From Candidatus Aminicenantia bacterium (GTDB lineage: Bacteria; Acidobacteriota; Aminicenantia; Aminicenantales; Saccharicenantaceae), in NCBI GenBank assembly GCA_041479905.1, contig JBGOYY010000003.1, positions 16,516 to 80,515 of the forward strand: a stretch of DNA of 64,000 bases, written 5' to 3'. How positions within the stretch are numbered: position 1 is the stretch's first letter; the number at the start of each line of letters is the position of its first letter. The position numbers and the translations under genes are program-made. The notes below the pieces were generated by a model. That model did no database searches. It saw nothing but the letters and a program-made list of their open reading frames with translations, and had not been told where the DNA came from. This document shows positions 29,603-40,404 of this stretch, piece by piece.

Positions 29603-31120
29603 TCATCCCACGAAAAGGTGCTTGCTCGAAAAATTAGGCTCGGTCGTCAGGTTCGTCCCGAAACGCCGCAGGCCCGCTTCGTCCCCCGGCGTCGGGATGT
29701 GGGTGATGTGGACCTCGCAGCCCTGCAGGTCCTTCATCTTCTCCAGGGCCAAGTGGGCCATGGGGTTGGTGGACGCGTTGATGCTCAGGCAGATCAGGAC
29801 CTCCGAGAGGTCGAGGCTGACCGTTTTGGCCCCGAAGATGTTTTTCTTGAGTTCCCCAACGGATTCGATGATCGACGGGGAAAGAAGATGGATCTTTTCC
29901 GGGATCTCGGCCAGCATTTTCACGGCGTTGAGGACCAGGGCCGACGAGGCGTGCATGAGGGGGGAGTTCTTGCCCGTGACGATGGTGCCGTCACGGAGCT
30001 CCATGGCCGCGCCGACGAAAACCCCTTTGTTCCCTTTGCCCGTCTCCCGGGCCTCCTCGGCTGCTCGCCGGGCCGGCTCGACGACCCGCCTGTCCTCGGG
30101 CTTGACCCCGAGCTCCTTCATCAGGAGCTCCGAACGCTGGACGGTCTCCTTCTCGACGAAGCCCAGGAGATATTCGCAGGAGTAGCGGAAGTATCTCCGG
30201 ATGAGCTCCTGCTTGGCGGCGTCCCGGACGACGTCGTCGTCCTTGATCCCGAAGCCGGCGGCGTTGCAGCCCATGTCGGTCGGCGACTTGTAGAAGGACG
30301 GGCCGCCGGTGATCTTCTCGATGATCCGCCTCAGCACCGGAAAGACCTCGACGTCGCGGTTGTAGTTGACGGCGGCCTTGCCGTAGGCCTCGAGGTGGAA
30401 AGGGTCGACGAGGTTGAAGTCGCCGAGGTCGGCCGTGGCCGCCTCGTAGGCGACGTTGACCGGGTGCTTGAGGGGCAGGTTCCAGATGGGGAAGGTTTCG
30501 AATTTGGCGTACCCGGAAGCGAGCCCTCGCCGGTATTCGTGGTAGATCTGGGACAGGCAGGTGGCCAGCTTGCCGCTCCCCGGCCCCGGCCCGGTGACGA
30601 TGACAAGGGGATGCTCGGTCTCGATGTAATCGTTGGCCCCGTAGCCCTCGTCGCTGACGATGACGTCGACGTCCGTGGGGTAGCCCTTGGTGAAACGGTG
30701 GGTGTAAACGCGGATGCCCTGCCGCTCGAGCTTGTTCTTGAAGATGCGGGCGGCCGGTTGGTTGTCGAAACGGGTGATGACCACGGCCCGGATCTGGATG
30801 TCCCACTCCCGCAGGTCGTCGATGAGCTTCATGGCGTCGACGTCGTAGGTGTGACCGAAATCGGCCCGCATCTTCTTCCGTTCGATGTCCCCCGCGTAGA
30901 TGCAGAGCAGAAAATCCGCCTGGCTCCGGAGCTCCTGCAGGAGCTTCATCTTGACGTTGGGGTCGTAGCCGGGCAGAACCCTGGCGGCGTGATAGTCGAA
31001 GAACAGCTTGCCGCCGAATTCGAGGTAGAGCTTGTTCGGGAAACGCGTCATCCGGTCGAGGATGGCCTTCTTCTGTTCCTGAAGGTAGAAGCCGTTGTCG
31101 AAGCCTGATGTGTTATTCAT
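29603..31120 (-). CDS. DUF1846 (UPF0371) family protein
   Basis: GFDNGFYLQEQKKAILDR...LYLEFGGKLFFDYHAARVLPGYDPN matches my recollection of the family. ATGA overlap with the upstream glycosidase gene. Confidence 0.7.
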   Translation of the reverse strand: MNNTSGFDNGFYLQEQKKAILDRMTRFPNKLYLEFGGKLFFDYHAARVLPGYDPNVKMKLLQELRSQADFLLCIYAGDIERKKMRADFGHTYDVDAMKLIDDLREWDIQIRAVVITRFDNQPAARIFKNKLERQGIRVYTHRFTKGYPTDVDVIVSDEGYGANDYIETEHPLVIVTGPGPGSGKLATCLSQIYHEYRRGLASGYAKFETFPIWNLPLKHPVNVAYEAATADLGDFNLVDPFHLEAYGKAAVNYNRDVEVFPVLRRIIEKITGGPSFYKSPTDMGCNAAGFGIKDDDVVRDAAKQELIRRYFRYSCEYLLGFVEKETVQRSELLMKELGVKPEDRRVVEPARRAAEEARETGKGNKGVFVGAAMELRDGTIVTGKNSPLMHASSALVLNAVKMLAEIPEKIHLLSPSIIESVGELKKNIFGAKTVSLDLSEVLICLSINASTNPMAHLALEKMKDLQGCEVHITHIPTPGDEAGLRRFGTNLTTEPNFSSKHLFVG

Positions 31121-34100
31121 CGCACGACACCCTTGAGTACCTTGAAATCGTCGAAGAGCCCGTAGTCGACAAAGCCGTATTCCGAGCCGGGCGGCAATCC
31201 TCCCTTGGCCCCCTGCTGGAAAGAACGGGGCCAAGCCCGGCCGAGGGGCTGGTTGTTATGGAACGGTCCGAGCGTGTTCTTGAGCGTCCCATAGACGACG
31301 ACGGAGACCTCGTTCGGACCGGCGACGAGGGCGTCCGTCAAGTCCACTTCGTACGGCGCGAAAGCGGCTGTGCCGACCCGTTTGCCGCCGACGAAAACCT
31401 CCGCCGTCGCCCCGAGCCATGCGCCGAGCTTGAGGCGGTAAGCCGGCCGGGGCTCGTCCTGCGGAACGATATAGGTCTTCCGGTAGCGGACTCCCGCCCC
31501 GTAGAAAGGCAGGCCCTGGGCTTTCCAGGACCCGGCCGCGAGGGGCGCGGGCGGGTGGAGCTCGAAGCCGCGGACGGCGCCGGCGAGGCGGAAATCCCCG
31601 AGGAGGTAGACCGGCTCGAGCTCGGAGTGGATGGTGAACGGCTTGGCCTTGACCGTGATCTTATTCTTTCCGGAGACGACATGGGGGCCGACGGGGAAAA
31701 CGCCGAAGGCCCGGTCGAGCCACCATTCTCCCGCAAGGGCCTTGACCTCACGGTCGTTGACGAAGACGCGGAAGAGCTCGGGACGCTCGACCACGGCTTT
31801 CAAGGCCGCAAAATCCTGGGCGTCTCCCTTGACCGCCCGGAACCAGAAAACCGCCTCGAAGCCGGAATTCGCCGGGAATTTGTCGCGGTCGAGGATGTTC
31901 GTCTTGTACTGGACGGCGCTGTCCCAGGGGTTCCGCCCCAGCCCATGGGCCTCGAACGTCTTTCTCTGGGCGTCATAAAAATAGAGGTCTTTTTCGGTCC
32001 GGCCGCCGAGGACGAGGTCGCAGTAGTCCAGGGTCAGGACGTTCGGCGCCAGAGGCTCAACCGCGAGACCCCCGTCGGCCGCGACATCCTCCCAAACGAT
32101 GGCGGGGGCCGGCGCCGGTTTCGCCCGCTCATTCTTGAGACAGAGAAGCAGGCTCCCGCCCGGCGGAAGGGAAAAGGCGACGTCCACCTTGCTGCCGCGC
32201 CGGACGAAAGGATAGGCCTTGACCCGGCCGGTGAATGCGTCCCACTCTTCGGCCGAGCCGCCGGCCAAGGTCATCGTTCCCGCGGCCGTCTCCGCGGCGT
32301 CGGAGTTGGCCAGGAAGACGAACCGGCCGCCGTCGAACTCCCGCCGCTGGTGGAAGATGCGGCCGTTCGCGGACGTCCCGGCGAAAACGACGGCCGACGG
32401 GCTGAACATCCGGACCTTGTCGAAGCCGCTGCCCGGTCCGGCGTTGACCCAGCGATCGCCGAAGGAATCCTGCAGGAGCCGGAGGTCTTCGGTGACGATG
32501 CCGTTGATATAATCGGGCGGCGCGACCCAGGAGACGATCCTGCCGTCGCGGATGAGGTAGTCGCGAATGAGGGCCACGGTCGAATCCTCGAGGTTGCGCA
32601 GTCCGGGAGGGAAAATGACCAGGCTATACGAGCGGGAACCGATGTTGAGCTTCCCGTGGCTGACCGAAGCGAACTCCTGGAGGGTTTTTTCGCTGACGAG
32701 GTCGTACTCGGCCTGCTCGGCCTCGAGGAGGTGGACGAAGGCCTGAAAATCCCGGCCGACCGTCTGGAAATCCTCCGACTCCGCGGCCGGAGAATAATAC
32801 ATCCAGGCGGTCGTCGTCGGCTCGACGACCAGGATCTTATTGACCTGCTCGCCCAGGCTCATGACGACGGACAGCCGGCCGAAATAGTCGGCCAGGGTGT
32901 TGTAGTAGGGCCACCAAGGTTCGTGGTCGGAGAAGGACAGCGGGTGGTCGCGCTTGCGGGCGCCCTTGATCGTGGCGTAGGACAGGTGCTGGTTGAGGAA
33001 GTTCACGCCCAGGGCGTACTCCCAGTCGCCGATCCGCTTCTGGTCGGCGAAGGTCAGGTCCCAGCCGCCGGCCCCGTACGTTTCCGACATCGTCCGCTTC
33101 CGTCCCATCTGATTGGCGGCGCTCCGGATCTCGCGGACCGCGCGGGCGTTGCCGAACTGGGCGTCGGGGCCGGTTTCCCAATCGTTCATCAGGATGTCGA
33201 TGCCGGGCATGTGGGCGTAGGCGGCCATGGCCAGGTTGTCCGGGGAGCTGCGGGGCGAAGGCCATTCGTGCTCCCAGTAGTGGCCGGTGAAGGCGAGGTT
33301 GTTGTCCGTGGCGTAGGCGTAATAGGGCTTGGCCCAGTTCTCGATGAACAGGTCGAGGAGCGTCGCGTAATAGTCGTGACGGACCCGCCGCCAGTTGCCG
33401 ACCTCCTCGAAAAGGGACACGAGGTTCGGCCGGAGCTCATAGCCCCAGCGCGTCTGGAATGTCTGGAAAAGGGCCGGCGTGTAGTTCAGGGCCTCCCGGC
33501 CGCCGGCGGGCGAGATCTCGGCCTCGTCCTGGAAGACGCCGGGAACGGTCAGACCGAATTCTTTGCCGATCACTCTCTTGTAGCCGTTGAGGGTCAAGTC
33601 GATGAACTTCTCGGTGACGTCCTTGCGCATGATGTCGACGTAGGTAAAGCCGCCGTGCCAGGGCGAAGGGGCGGCCCGGACGACGTCGAAAACATAATAG
33701 GCAGCCCCGTCCTTCGCCGCCGGCCTAACCTTGCCCGTCACGTCCTCGAAGCCGGTCAGGGTCTTGCGCAGGACGACCACAGGTTCTGCGTCGAAGGCTT
33801 TCGGGGGACCCTCGAACCGCCTCATCCTCAGCCCCGAGCGCGCCGCGTCCGGCATCTCCGCCGGCACGTGACCCCCGGCGAACCCGGAGGGATAGGAGTT
33901 CTCGTCATAGAGCCAAACCCGGAGCCCGAGAGCCTTCCCGGTCTCGACGGCGTAGGCGCAGAGCGAAAACCATTCGTCCGTGAGATAGGGCGTGATCAGG
34001 CCGGGCCTCGGGTGGATGAACGCGCCGCCGATGCCGCGCGCCTTGAAGTCCTCGAGCTGGCGCTTGATCTCGTCGCGGGTCATCAGGTCGTTCCAGACCC

Positions 34101-34263
34101 AGAGAGGAGCGCTCCGGTATTCGGCCGGCGGGTCGGCGAACAACCGGAGAATCCCGTCGTAGGAATCGGCCACGGGCTTCTTGGCGCAAGCGGCGCCGGC
34201 GGCCGCGAGGGCCAGGGCCAAAGCCAGGAGGGTCAGAGTCGGGCTTCGACGGTTCTTAATCAT
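31117..34263 (-). CDS. large secreted glycoside hydrolase, lipoprotein (GH106-like; exact family uncertain)
   Basis: Lipobox LAAAGAAC. The N-terminal PPAEYRSAPLWVWND...ARGIGGAFIHP pattern is typical of this glycosidase class. 1048 aa. Confidence 0.55.
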   Translation of the reverse strand: MIKNRRSPTLTLLALALALAAAGAACAKKPVADSYDGILRLFADPPAEYRSAPLWVWNDLMTRDEIKRQLEDFKARGIGGAFIHPRPGLITPYLTDEWFSLCAYAVETGKALGLRVWLYDENSYPSGFAGGHVPAEMPDAARSGLRMRRFEGPPKAFDAEPVVVLRKTLTGFEDVTGKVRPAAKDGAAYYVFDVVRAAPSPWHGGFTYVDIMRKDVTEKFIDLTLNGYKRVIGKEFGLTVPGVFQDEAEISPAGGREALNYTPALFQTFQTRWGYELRPNLVSLFEEVGNWRRVRHDYYATLLDLFIENWAKPYYAYATDNNLAFTGHYWEHEWPSPRSSPDNLAMAAYAHMPGIDILMNDWETGPDAQFGNARAVREIRSAANQMGRKRTMSETYGAGGWDLTFADQKRIGDWEYALGVNFLNQHLSYATIKGARKRDHPLSFSDHEPWWPYYNTLADYFGRLSVVMSLGEQVNKILVVEPTTTAWMYYSPAAESEDFQTVGRDFQAFVHLLEAEQAEYDLVSEKTLQEFASVSHGKLNIGSRSYSLVIFPPGLRNLEDSTVALIRDYLIRDGRIVSWVAPPDYINGIVTEDLRLLQDSFGDRWVNAGPGSGFDKVRMFSPSAVVFAGTSANGRIFHQRREFDGGRFVFLANSDAAETAAGTMTLAGGSAEEWDAFTGRVKAYPFVRRGSKVDVAFSLPPGGSLLLCLKNERAKPAPAPAIVWEDVAADGGLAVEPLAPNVLTLDYCDLVLGGRTEKDLYFYDAQRKTFEAHGLGRNPWDSAVQYKTNILDRDKFPANSGFEAVFWFRAVKGDAQDFAALKAVVERPELFRVFVNDREVKALAGEWWLDRAFGVFPVGPHVVSGKNKITVKAKPFTIHSELEPVYLLGDFRLAGAVRGFELHPPAPLAAGSWKAQGLPFYGAGVRYRKTYIVPQDEPRPAYRLKLGAWLGATAEVFVGGKRVGTAAFAPYEVDLTDALVAGPNEVSVVVYGTLKNTLGPFHNNQPLGRAWPRSFQQGAKGGLPPGSEYGFVDYGLFDDFKVLKGVVR

Positions 34264-34426
34264 GGGATGTCCCTTTCGCTCTCTCACGGGAATGCGGCCT
34301 CGGGCCGAACGATATTTATGAACGAAAACATACGGCCTCAAATTTAAGGGAACATAACCTCAAAGTCAAGCCGAGGGCAGGTCGTGATGGATCTCGAAAA
34401 AGACGTTCGTCACGTGAAAATATTAG

Positions 34427-34520
<94 letters not shown>

Positions 34521-34542
34521 GCGGTCTCGGAAACGTGGGGCT

Positions 34543-34551
34543 ATTCTAGCA
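34543..34551 (-). promoter_or_regulatory. putative extended -10 element (TGcTAGAAT) for tRNA-Ser(GCU)
   Basis: The minus strand reads GTGCTAGAAT, 22 nt upstream of the tRNA 5' end. Confidence 0.35.
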
Positions 34552-34587
34552 CGGGGTGCGGGACAAATCCAGACGCGTCCGGCCCGA

Positions 34588-34878
34588 TCAGCACGGGCCC
34601 CACTTATGGCGGGGGTGGCGCTTCTTGTATTCCCCGGCCGTGTTTTTCGTGATGCGGTGCCACGGCTCCCCCGTTTTTGCGCCGACGATCCCGGCCAGGG
34701 CGCAGCGGCAGAGCGTCGGGTCGACCTTGGTCCGCAGCTTGTGGAAGACGTCGTAGGGGTCGCGCTTGAGGAAGTCCTCTTTTGTCCGGATGCCGATCTT
34801 ATCAAGCTTGGCAGCCGTTGTCTTGCCGATGTTCGGCAGGTCGGTCAGCTTCGCCGGCTTCTTGGCCATTGGGTTCAT
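34588..34878 (-). CDS. small helix-hairpin-helix protein (TfoX_C / Cdd1-like)
   Basis: LTDLPNIGKTTAAKLDKIGIRTKEDF HhH motif. GGAGG upstream of the ATG at 34878. Confidence 0.6.
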   Translation of the reverse strand: MNPMAKKPAKLTDLPNIGKTTAAKLDKIGIRTKEDFLKRDPYDVFHKLRTKVDPTLCRCALAGIVGAKTGEPWHRITKNTAGEYKKRHPRHKWGPC

Positions 34879-34915
34879 GGGACCTCCTCTCCCCTCCCCG
34901 CGTTCCTCTGCCGTG

Positions 34916-35380
34916 TCAACGCGTTCCGGAAAGTTCCTGAAAACGAGCGTAGGCCGCTTTTCTTTTGCCCTTGAGAATCCGGGACTCCTCAGCCAACCCA
35001 TCCAAGTCAGCATTCTTATTTTGGATTTCGCTCCTGTAGACTCTGAGACCCTCAAGCTCTCTGCGCGCGAAATCCGCGACCTCGATGGCTTGGTCCATGA
35101 GTTCGGCGTCGTTCTTGATCAAAGAAGAAAGTCTCAAAGATGCTTTGGCACTAAGGTCGATTACGGCGTTGCCGACCTTGCTCTCAATGTCATCGGCCCC
35201 GCTCATGGAAAGATCGGAAATGGCTTTATCGAACCTTTCGTAGGAAGCAATAAAACCCCGAAGTGTCTTAATGTCGTCATGATACATACGGTAAAAGAAG
35301 AAAAAAACGCCGGCTGACGCCGCCACGATCAGGATAAAGATGAGCAACCATTTGTATCTCCTAATGATCCTCATGTTCAT
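34916..35380 (-). CDS. hypothetical membrane-anchored protein, AT-richer than its neighbours
   Basis: N-terminal TM WLLIFILIVAASAGVFFFF followed by a helical soluble part. No recognised family. Confidence 0.5.
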   Translation of the reverse strand: MNMRIIRRYKWLLIFILIVAASAGVFFFFYRMYHDDIKTLRGFIASYERFDKAISDLSMSGADDIESKVGNAVIDLSAKASLRLSSLIKNDAELMDQAIEVADFARRELEGLRVYRSEIQNKNADLDGLAEESRILKGKRKAAYARFQELSGTR

Positions 35381-35441
35381 GAATCTGCGAGGGCGATCTT
35401 CTTATGGCCGCCGACATTAATCCCACGAAGAAAAGCGATAG

Positions 35442-35531
35442 TGGCGGAGGGAGAGGGATTCGAACCCCCGTTCCGGAGGACCGGAAAGCGGTTTTCAAGA
35501 CCGCCGCCTTCAACCACTCGGCCATCCCTCC
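35442..35531 (-). tRNA. tRNA-Ser (anticodon UGA), CCA encoded
   Basis: Acceptor GGAGGGA/TCCCTCC, anticodon stem GCGGT/ACCGC with loop CTTGAAA, a long variable arm and T-loop TTCGAAT. Confidence 0.92.
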
Positions 35532-35540
35532 GTCTTATTG

Positions 35541-36880
<1,340 letters not shown>

Positions 36881-36887
36881 AGACGCA

Positions 36888-37409
36888 ATGGCCGGCTACA
36901 TCCAGGTCTACACAGGGAACGGCAAGGGCAAGACGACCGCGGCCCTGGGCCTCGCCCTTCGGGCGGCCGGCCGCGGTTTCAGGACGTATATCGGCCAGTT
37001 CCTCAAGGGACAGCCGACGGGCGAGGTCGAAGCCGCGAAACGACTCGCTCCCCTCGTCCGCATCGAGCGGTTCGGACGCGAAGGTTTCATCACGGTCAAG
37101 GACAGCCCGGACGACGAAGACGTCACCCGGGCCAGGGCCGGGCTCGAAAAGGCGCTCGAGGCCATGCTCTCAGGCGACTACCGGATCGTCGTCCTGGACG
37201 AGGTCAACACGGCCGTCCACTTCAAGATCCTGCCCGAACAAGAGGTTCTGGACTTCCTCGACAAGCGCCCGGCCGGCGTCGAGGTCGTCCTGACCGGGCG
37301 TTACGCCCCGGATTCCTTCATCGCCCGGGCCGATCTCGTCACCGAAATGACGGCCCTCAAACACTATTACGACCGGGGCATCAAGGCCCGCGAGGGCATC
37401 GAAAAATGA
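36888..37409 (+). CDS. cobO: cob(I)yrinic acid a,c-diamide adenosyltransferase (CobA/CobO/BtuR family)
   Basis: YTGNGKGKTTAALG P-loop and the VLDE motif. 173 aa. Confidence 0.85.
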   Translation: MAGYIQVYTGNGKGKTTAALGLALRAAGRGFRTYIGQFLKGQPTGEVEAAKRLAPLVRIERFGREGFITVKDSPDDEDVTRARAGLEKALEAMLSGDYRIVVLDEVNTAVHFKILPEQEVLDFLDKRPAGVEVVLTGRYAPDSFIARADLVTEMTALKHYYDRGIKAREGIEK

Positions 37410-37825
37410 CGCGGAAGCCGAACCCCTTCGGCCGGAGCCCGTTCCGGCCGTCCATAGACCGGGCCCGCTTCGAGGAGCTCGTCGGAGAGGCCCTGGCCGA
37501 GATCCCCAAAGGCTTCCGCAAGCTCATCGACAACGTCACCGTCATGGTCGAGGACGATTGCCCCCCGGGGACTTCCCTGCTCGGGCTTTATCACGGCGTC
37601 CCCTACCCCCATCGGAGCCCCGGTTCCTACGGCAACCTCCCGCCCGATGTCATCGTCATCTACCAGCGGCCGATCGAGTCGATCTCGCGGACCGACGACG
37701 ATATCAAGGACCACGTCCGCGACACCGTGCTCCACGAGGTCGGCCACTATTTCGGGCTCGGAGAAGCCGAACTCCGGGAGATCGAGAGGGCCGTCCGGGA
37801 ATCGCGAAAAGGAGAGAGAACTTGA
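37406..37825 (+). CDS. small metallopeptidase-family protein (zincin, DUF1025-like)
   Basis: HEVGHYFG zinc motif. ATGA overlap with the upstream gene. Confidence 0.7.
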   Translation: MTRKPNPFGRSPFRPSIDRARFEELVGEALAEIPKGFRKLIDNVTVMVEDDCPPGTSLLGLYHGVPYPHRSPGSYGNLPPDVIVIYQRPIESISRTDDDIKDHVRDTVLHEVGHYFGLGEAELREIERAVRESRKGERT

Positions 37826-38706
37826 GCAAACCCCTCGAAGGCGTCTACGCCGCCCTAACCACCCCCTTCGCCGGGGACGAGATCGCGGCGGACAAGCTCC
37901 GGGACAACGTCCAAAAGTACAATCGCACGGACCTCGCGGGATATCTCGTCCTCGGCTCGACCGGGGAGAGCGTCTCCCTGACGGATGGGGAATCGTTACA
38001 ACTCGTCGAAGCCGTCGTCGCGGCCGCCACGCCGGAAAAAAAGATACTCGTCGGGACGGCCCGCGAATCGACCAAGGGCACGATCGACTTCACCAACAGC
38101 CTGGCCGGCCGCGGGATCGCCGCGGCCCTCGTCCGGCCGCCCTCCTACTTCAAGTCGAAGATGACGCGCGAGGCGCTTAAAACGCACTATTGGGCCGTGG
38201 CCGAGGCGAGCAAGCTGCCGGTCCTCATCTACAACATGCCCCAGAACACCGGCATTTCCCTCGAGCCCCAGCTCATTATCGATCTGGCCCCGCATCCGAA
38301 CATCATCGGGCTCAAGGAGAGTTCGGGCAGTCTGGCCTTCCTGGGCGAGGTCGTCCGCGAAGTGCCCGACCGTTTCCATTACTTCCTGGGTTCGGGGCAC
38401 GTCATCTACCCGGGCCTGGAGATGGGGGCGTGCGGCGCCATCCTGGCCGTGGCCAACGCCGCGCCGGAGATGAGCGCCGAGATCTTCAGGCTGTTCAAGG
38501 CCGGGAAGAAAGACGAAGCCCGCCGGCTCCAACTCGACCTCGTCCCCCTCAACAAGGCGCTGATGGAAGTTTACGGCATCGCCGGGCTCAAGTATGCCCA
38601 GGACCTCCGGGGCTATTACGGCGGGCCGGCCCGGCTTCCGCTTCTCCCGGTCGGGGAGCAGGCGAAGCGGGATATCGCCGCCCTGCTCAAGAAAATGGGC
38701 TTGTAA
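37822..38706 (+). CDS. dihydrodipicolinate synthase/N-acetylneuraminate lyase family protein
   Basis: The TTG start overlaps the upstream stop and AAGGAGAG lies upstream. GSTGE, IYNMP and GLKESSG (Schiff-base Lys) motifs. Confidence 0.8.
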   Translation: MSKPLEGVYAALTTPFAGDEIAADKLRDNVQKYNRTDLAGYLVLGSTGESVSLTDGESLQLVEAVVAAATPEKKILVGTARESTKGTIDFTNSLAGRGIAAALVRPPSYFKSKMTREALKTHYWAVAEASKLPVLIYNMPQNTGISLEPQLIIDLAPHPNIIGLKESSGSLAFLGEVVREVPDRFHYFLGSGHVIYPGLEMGACGAILAVANAAPEMSAEIFRLFKAGKKDEARRLQLDLVPLNKALMEVYGIAGLKYAQDLRGYYGGPARLPLLPVGEQAKRDIAALLKKMGL

Positions 38707-38725
38707 ATCCGGCAGGCGCGGCAGG

Positions 38726-38750
38726 AAAAAAAAGCGACCGTGCACCCTGC
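38726..38750 (-). terminator. intrinsic terminator formed by the SRP RNA terminal helix plus U8
   Basis: GCACGGTCGC is followed by TTTTTTTT on the minus strand. Confidence 0.6.
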
Positions 38751-39007
38751 TCCGACAGCACTCTCCCTGCGTGTCCCGAGCCGCCGGCTCAGGCGAGGCT
38801 GACTGCCGCACAAGGGACCGTCCCGTTGCCGCTGCTACCTTCCGGTCCTGACGGAGTTCGCGGGAAGCCCTTCGCGCAGGGCCCCGGCCTTCAACGCCAC
38901 GTGCAAGGGCACCGGCCAGAAAGAGGGAAGCCTCGGCAGGGGATTCGACCCCACTGGAGCGGATTGTGGGCCACAGGGCACCGCTACCTCCCCGTCTAGC
39001 ACGGTCG
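38730..39007 (-). ncRNA. ffs: signal recognition particle RNA, long (Alu-domain, Bacillus-type) form
   Basis: The minus strand carries three matching regions. The Alu-domain 5' region is GACGGGGAGGUAGCGGUGCCCUG...CAAUCCGCUCCAG...GGGGUCGAAUCCCC. The S-domain core is GUCAGGACCGGAAGGUAGCAGC. The 5'/3' closing helix is CGACCGUGC/GCACGGUCG, followed by U8. TATAAT lies 6 nt upstream of the predicted 5' end. Confidence 0.9.
38975..39000. repeat. 26-nt exact direct repeat, copy 1 (inside the 5' part of the SRP RNA gene)
   Basis: AGGGCACCGCTACCTCCCCGTCTAGC is identical to 40368-40393. Confidence 0.95.
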
Positions 39008-39013
39008 ATCCCT

Positions 39014-39019
39014 ATTATA
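39014..39019 (-). promoter_or_regulatory. -10 hexamer (TATAAT) of the SRP RNA gene
   Basis: The minus strand reads GTATAATAGGGATCGACCGTGC. The hexamer is correctly spaced from the first base of the terminal helix. Confidence 0.5.
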
Positions 39020-39115
39020 CATTTTTTCTGATCATCCCGCCTCTCATCCCGGCATTTTACGCCCCGGCCTCTTACCAGTTCTTACAGACGGCCGGCGCTG
39101 ATACCCAAGTTGATT

Positions 39116-39529
39116 CTAACGATCTGACTGTTTCGCAAAGACGTATGAAAAGGGTATTGCTATCAAGTCTCCAATGATATAGACGGCGAAAAACACGACA
39201 TACGCTATCACATAGACCTGAAATTTGCCCGCAATCAGAACAGGGAGCAAAACACCAATGAACCAGACCACCTTATAGCTCAGTTGTAACAACAAAACTG
39301 GCGAATATTTTAGAGGAGACCGGAGACCTAATATGGATAGGAGGCCGAACGCAACCCAGACGCTGCCACAGATTCCAAAAACGATAGGATCTTGACTCGG
39401 CCAGCCAAAGATAGATCGTACGATACTTGGGATTAGAATTATTCCCAAACCTGATCCCCCTGCATGAATGATGGTGAAAATATACATTCCCTTGAGCCAC
39501 CCCCACCTAACATTCATTTCTCTGGACAT
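39116..39529 (-). CDS. small 4-TM membrane protein, hypothetical (AT-rich cassette)
   Basis: 137 aa with four hydrophobic helices. GC is clearly below the flanks. Confidence 0.6.
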   Translation of the reverse strand: MSREMNVRWGWLKGMYIFTIIHAGGSGLGIILIPSIVRSIFGWPSQDPIVFGICGSVWVAFGLLSILGLRSPLKYSPVLLLQLSYKVVWFIGVLLPVLIAGKFQVYVIAYVVFFAVYIIGDLIAIPFSYVFAKQSDR

Positions 39530-39571
39530 TTTTTCCCCTTTCGTTAGTTAGATAGATACTGACTCAACCAA

Positions 39572-39991
39572 TCAGCCGCCTCCCTTGTGGGGGAGGAACA
39601 AATCCTTTAGACGAATCTCATCACTTATCAATGTCAGCCCGATATAGAGAATCGACCAAAGTAAGTCAACAATGCCAGTCCACAAGAATGTCTTCGGAAA
39701 ACCTGGGATGCCGAGAATATAAGCAAACAACAAAACCACATAGAAGATCCTTCCTATGGTCACACAACCTATATTTAAAAGATAACGTCGAATGTTGAAA
39801 GCGGAGAGGATTTGCAAGTAGGCAAAGCAAAACAAAAATGATGCAATGAATATGGCGTAGAAACGGTGAACCGGTGGCTCTGTAAAGACCGTTCCGATCA
39901 TAAATAGGTAAACGAGTCCTGCAATGATGTCCCATATACCGCTTAAAAAGAAAGTAATCGACAAAGGCTTTGTCGATTTTATTTTTTTCAC
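39572..39991 (-). CDS. small 4-TM membrane protein, hypothetical (AT-rich cassette)
   Basis: The GTG start at 39991 is preceded by AAGGAGG. 139 aa, with size and topology similar to the neighbouring gene. The GC-rich 5' extension of the ORF track (to 40351) is probably not coding. Confidence 0.55.
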   Translation of the reverse strand: MKKIKSTKPLSITFFLSGIWDIIAGLVYLFMIGTVFTEPPVHRFYAIFIASFLFCFAYLQILSAFNIRRYLLNIGCVTIGRIFYVVLLFAYILGIPGFPKTFLWTGIVDLLWSILYIGLTLISDEIRLKDLFLPHKGGG

Positions 39992-40367
39992 AATGACCTC
40001 CTTAAATTCCTTTTTCGCAACGCGCACAAATCCGGCCCACAAGGCTTGGAACCGATGCCACCCCTCACAAAATGATGATATCGCCGGCCACGAGTCGTAG
40101 TCAAGAACCAAAAAAACTACCAGAACAGGGCCTTCCCCCTGGATGACTGCTCCGCGCGGCTGAGGAACTGCCCGGACGACGGCAGACCGCCTCCCTTCTT
40201 GAGATGACCCGCTATTCGTACTCCCCGCTCCCGCGGCCGTCATCAGGGCCGCCTGTTCGAAGACGTGGGCGAATTGATTTCCAACCCCTCCCCTGCTATC
40301 CTTGGCCCTTGAGATCCGGTCTTTACGCGATCGCGCCGAGGGAGGAATCATGAATCTGAAAAACGTA

Positions 40368-40393
40368 GGGCACCGCTACCTCCCCGTCTAGCG
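40368..40393. repeat. 26-nt exact direct repeat, copy 2 (orphan fragment of the SRP RNA 5' region)
   Basis: Identical to 38975-39000. Flanked by the 9-nt inverted repeat CTGAAAAAC / GTTTTTCAG. Confidence 0.95.
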
Positions 40394-40404
40394 AGGACAG
40401 CGAC

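Noticed and set aside
34545-34554. 10-nt match TCTAGCACGG, shared between the tRNA-Ser(GCU) upstream region and the SRP RNA 5' end.
   Set aside because: Its length is compatible with chance. In the tRNA locus it overlaps the TGCTAGAAT -10 element, which explains part of the similarity.
38190-38999. 269-aa plus-strand ORF, together with 38594-38851 and 38616-38813, overlapping the dapA-family gene and the SRP RNA.
   Set aside because: It is out of frame with a well-supported CDS and its 3' part is antisense to a structured RNA gene. The translation is Arg/Pro/Gly-rich.
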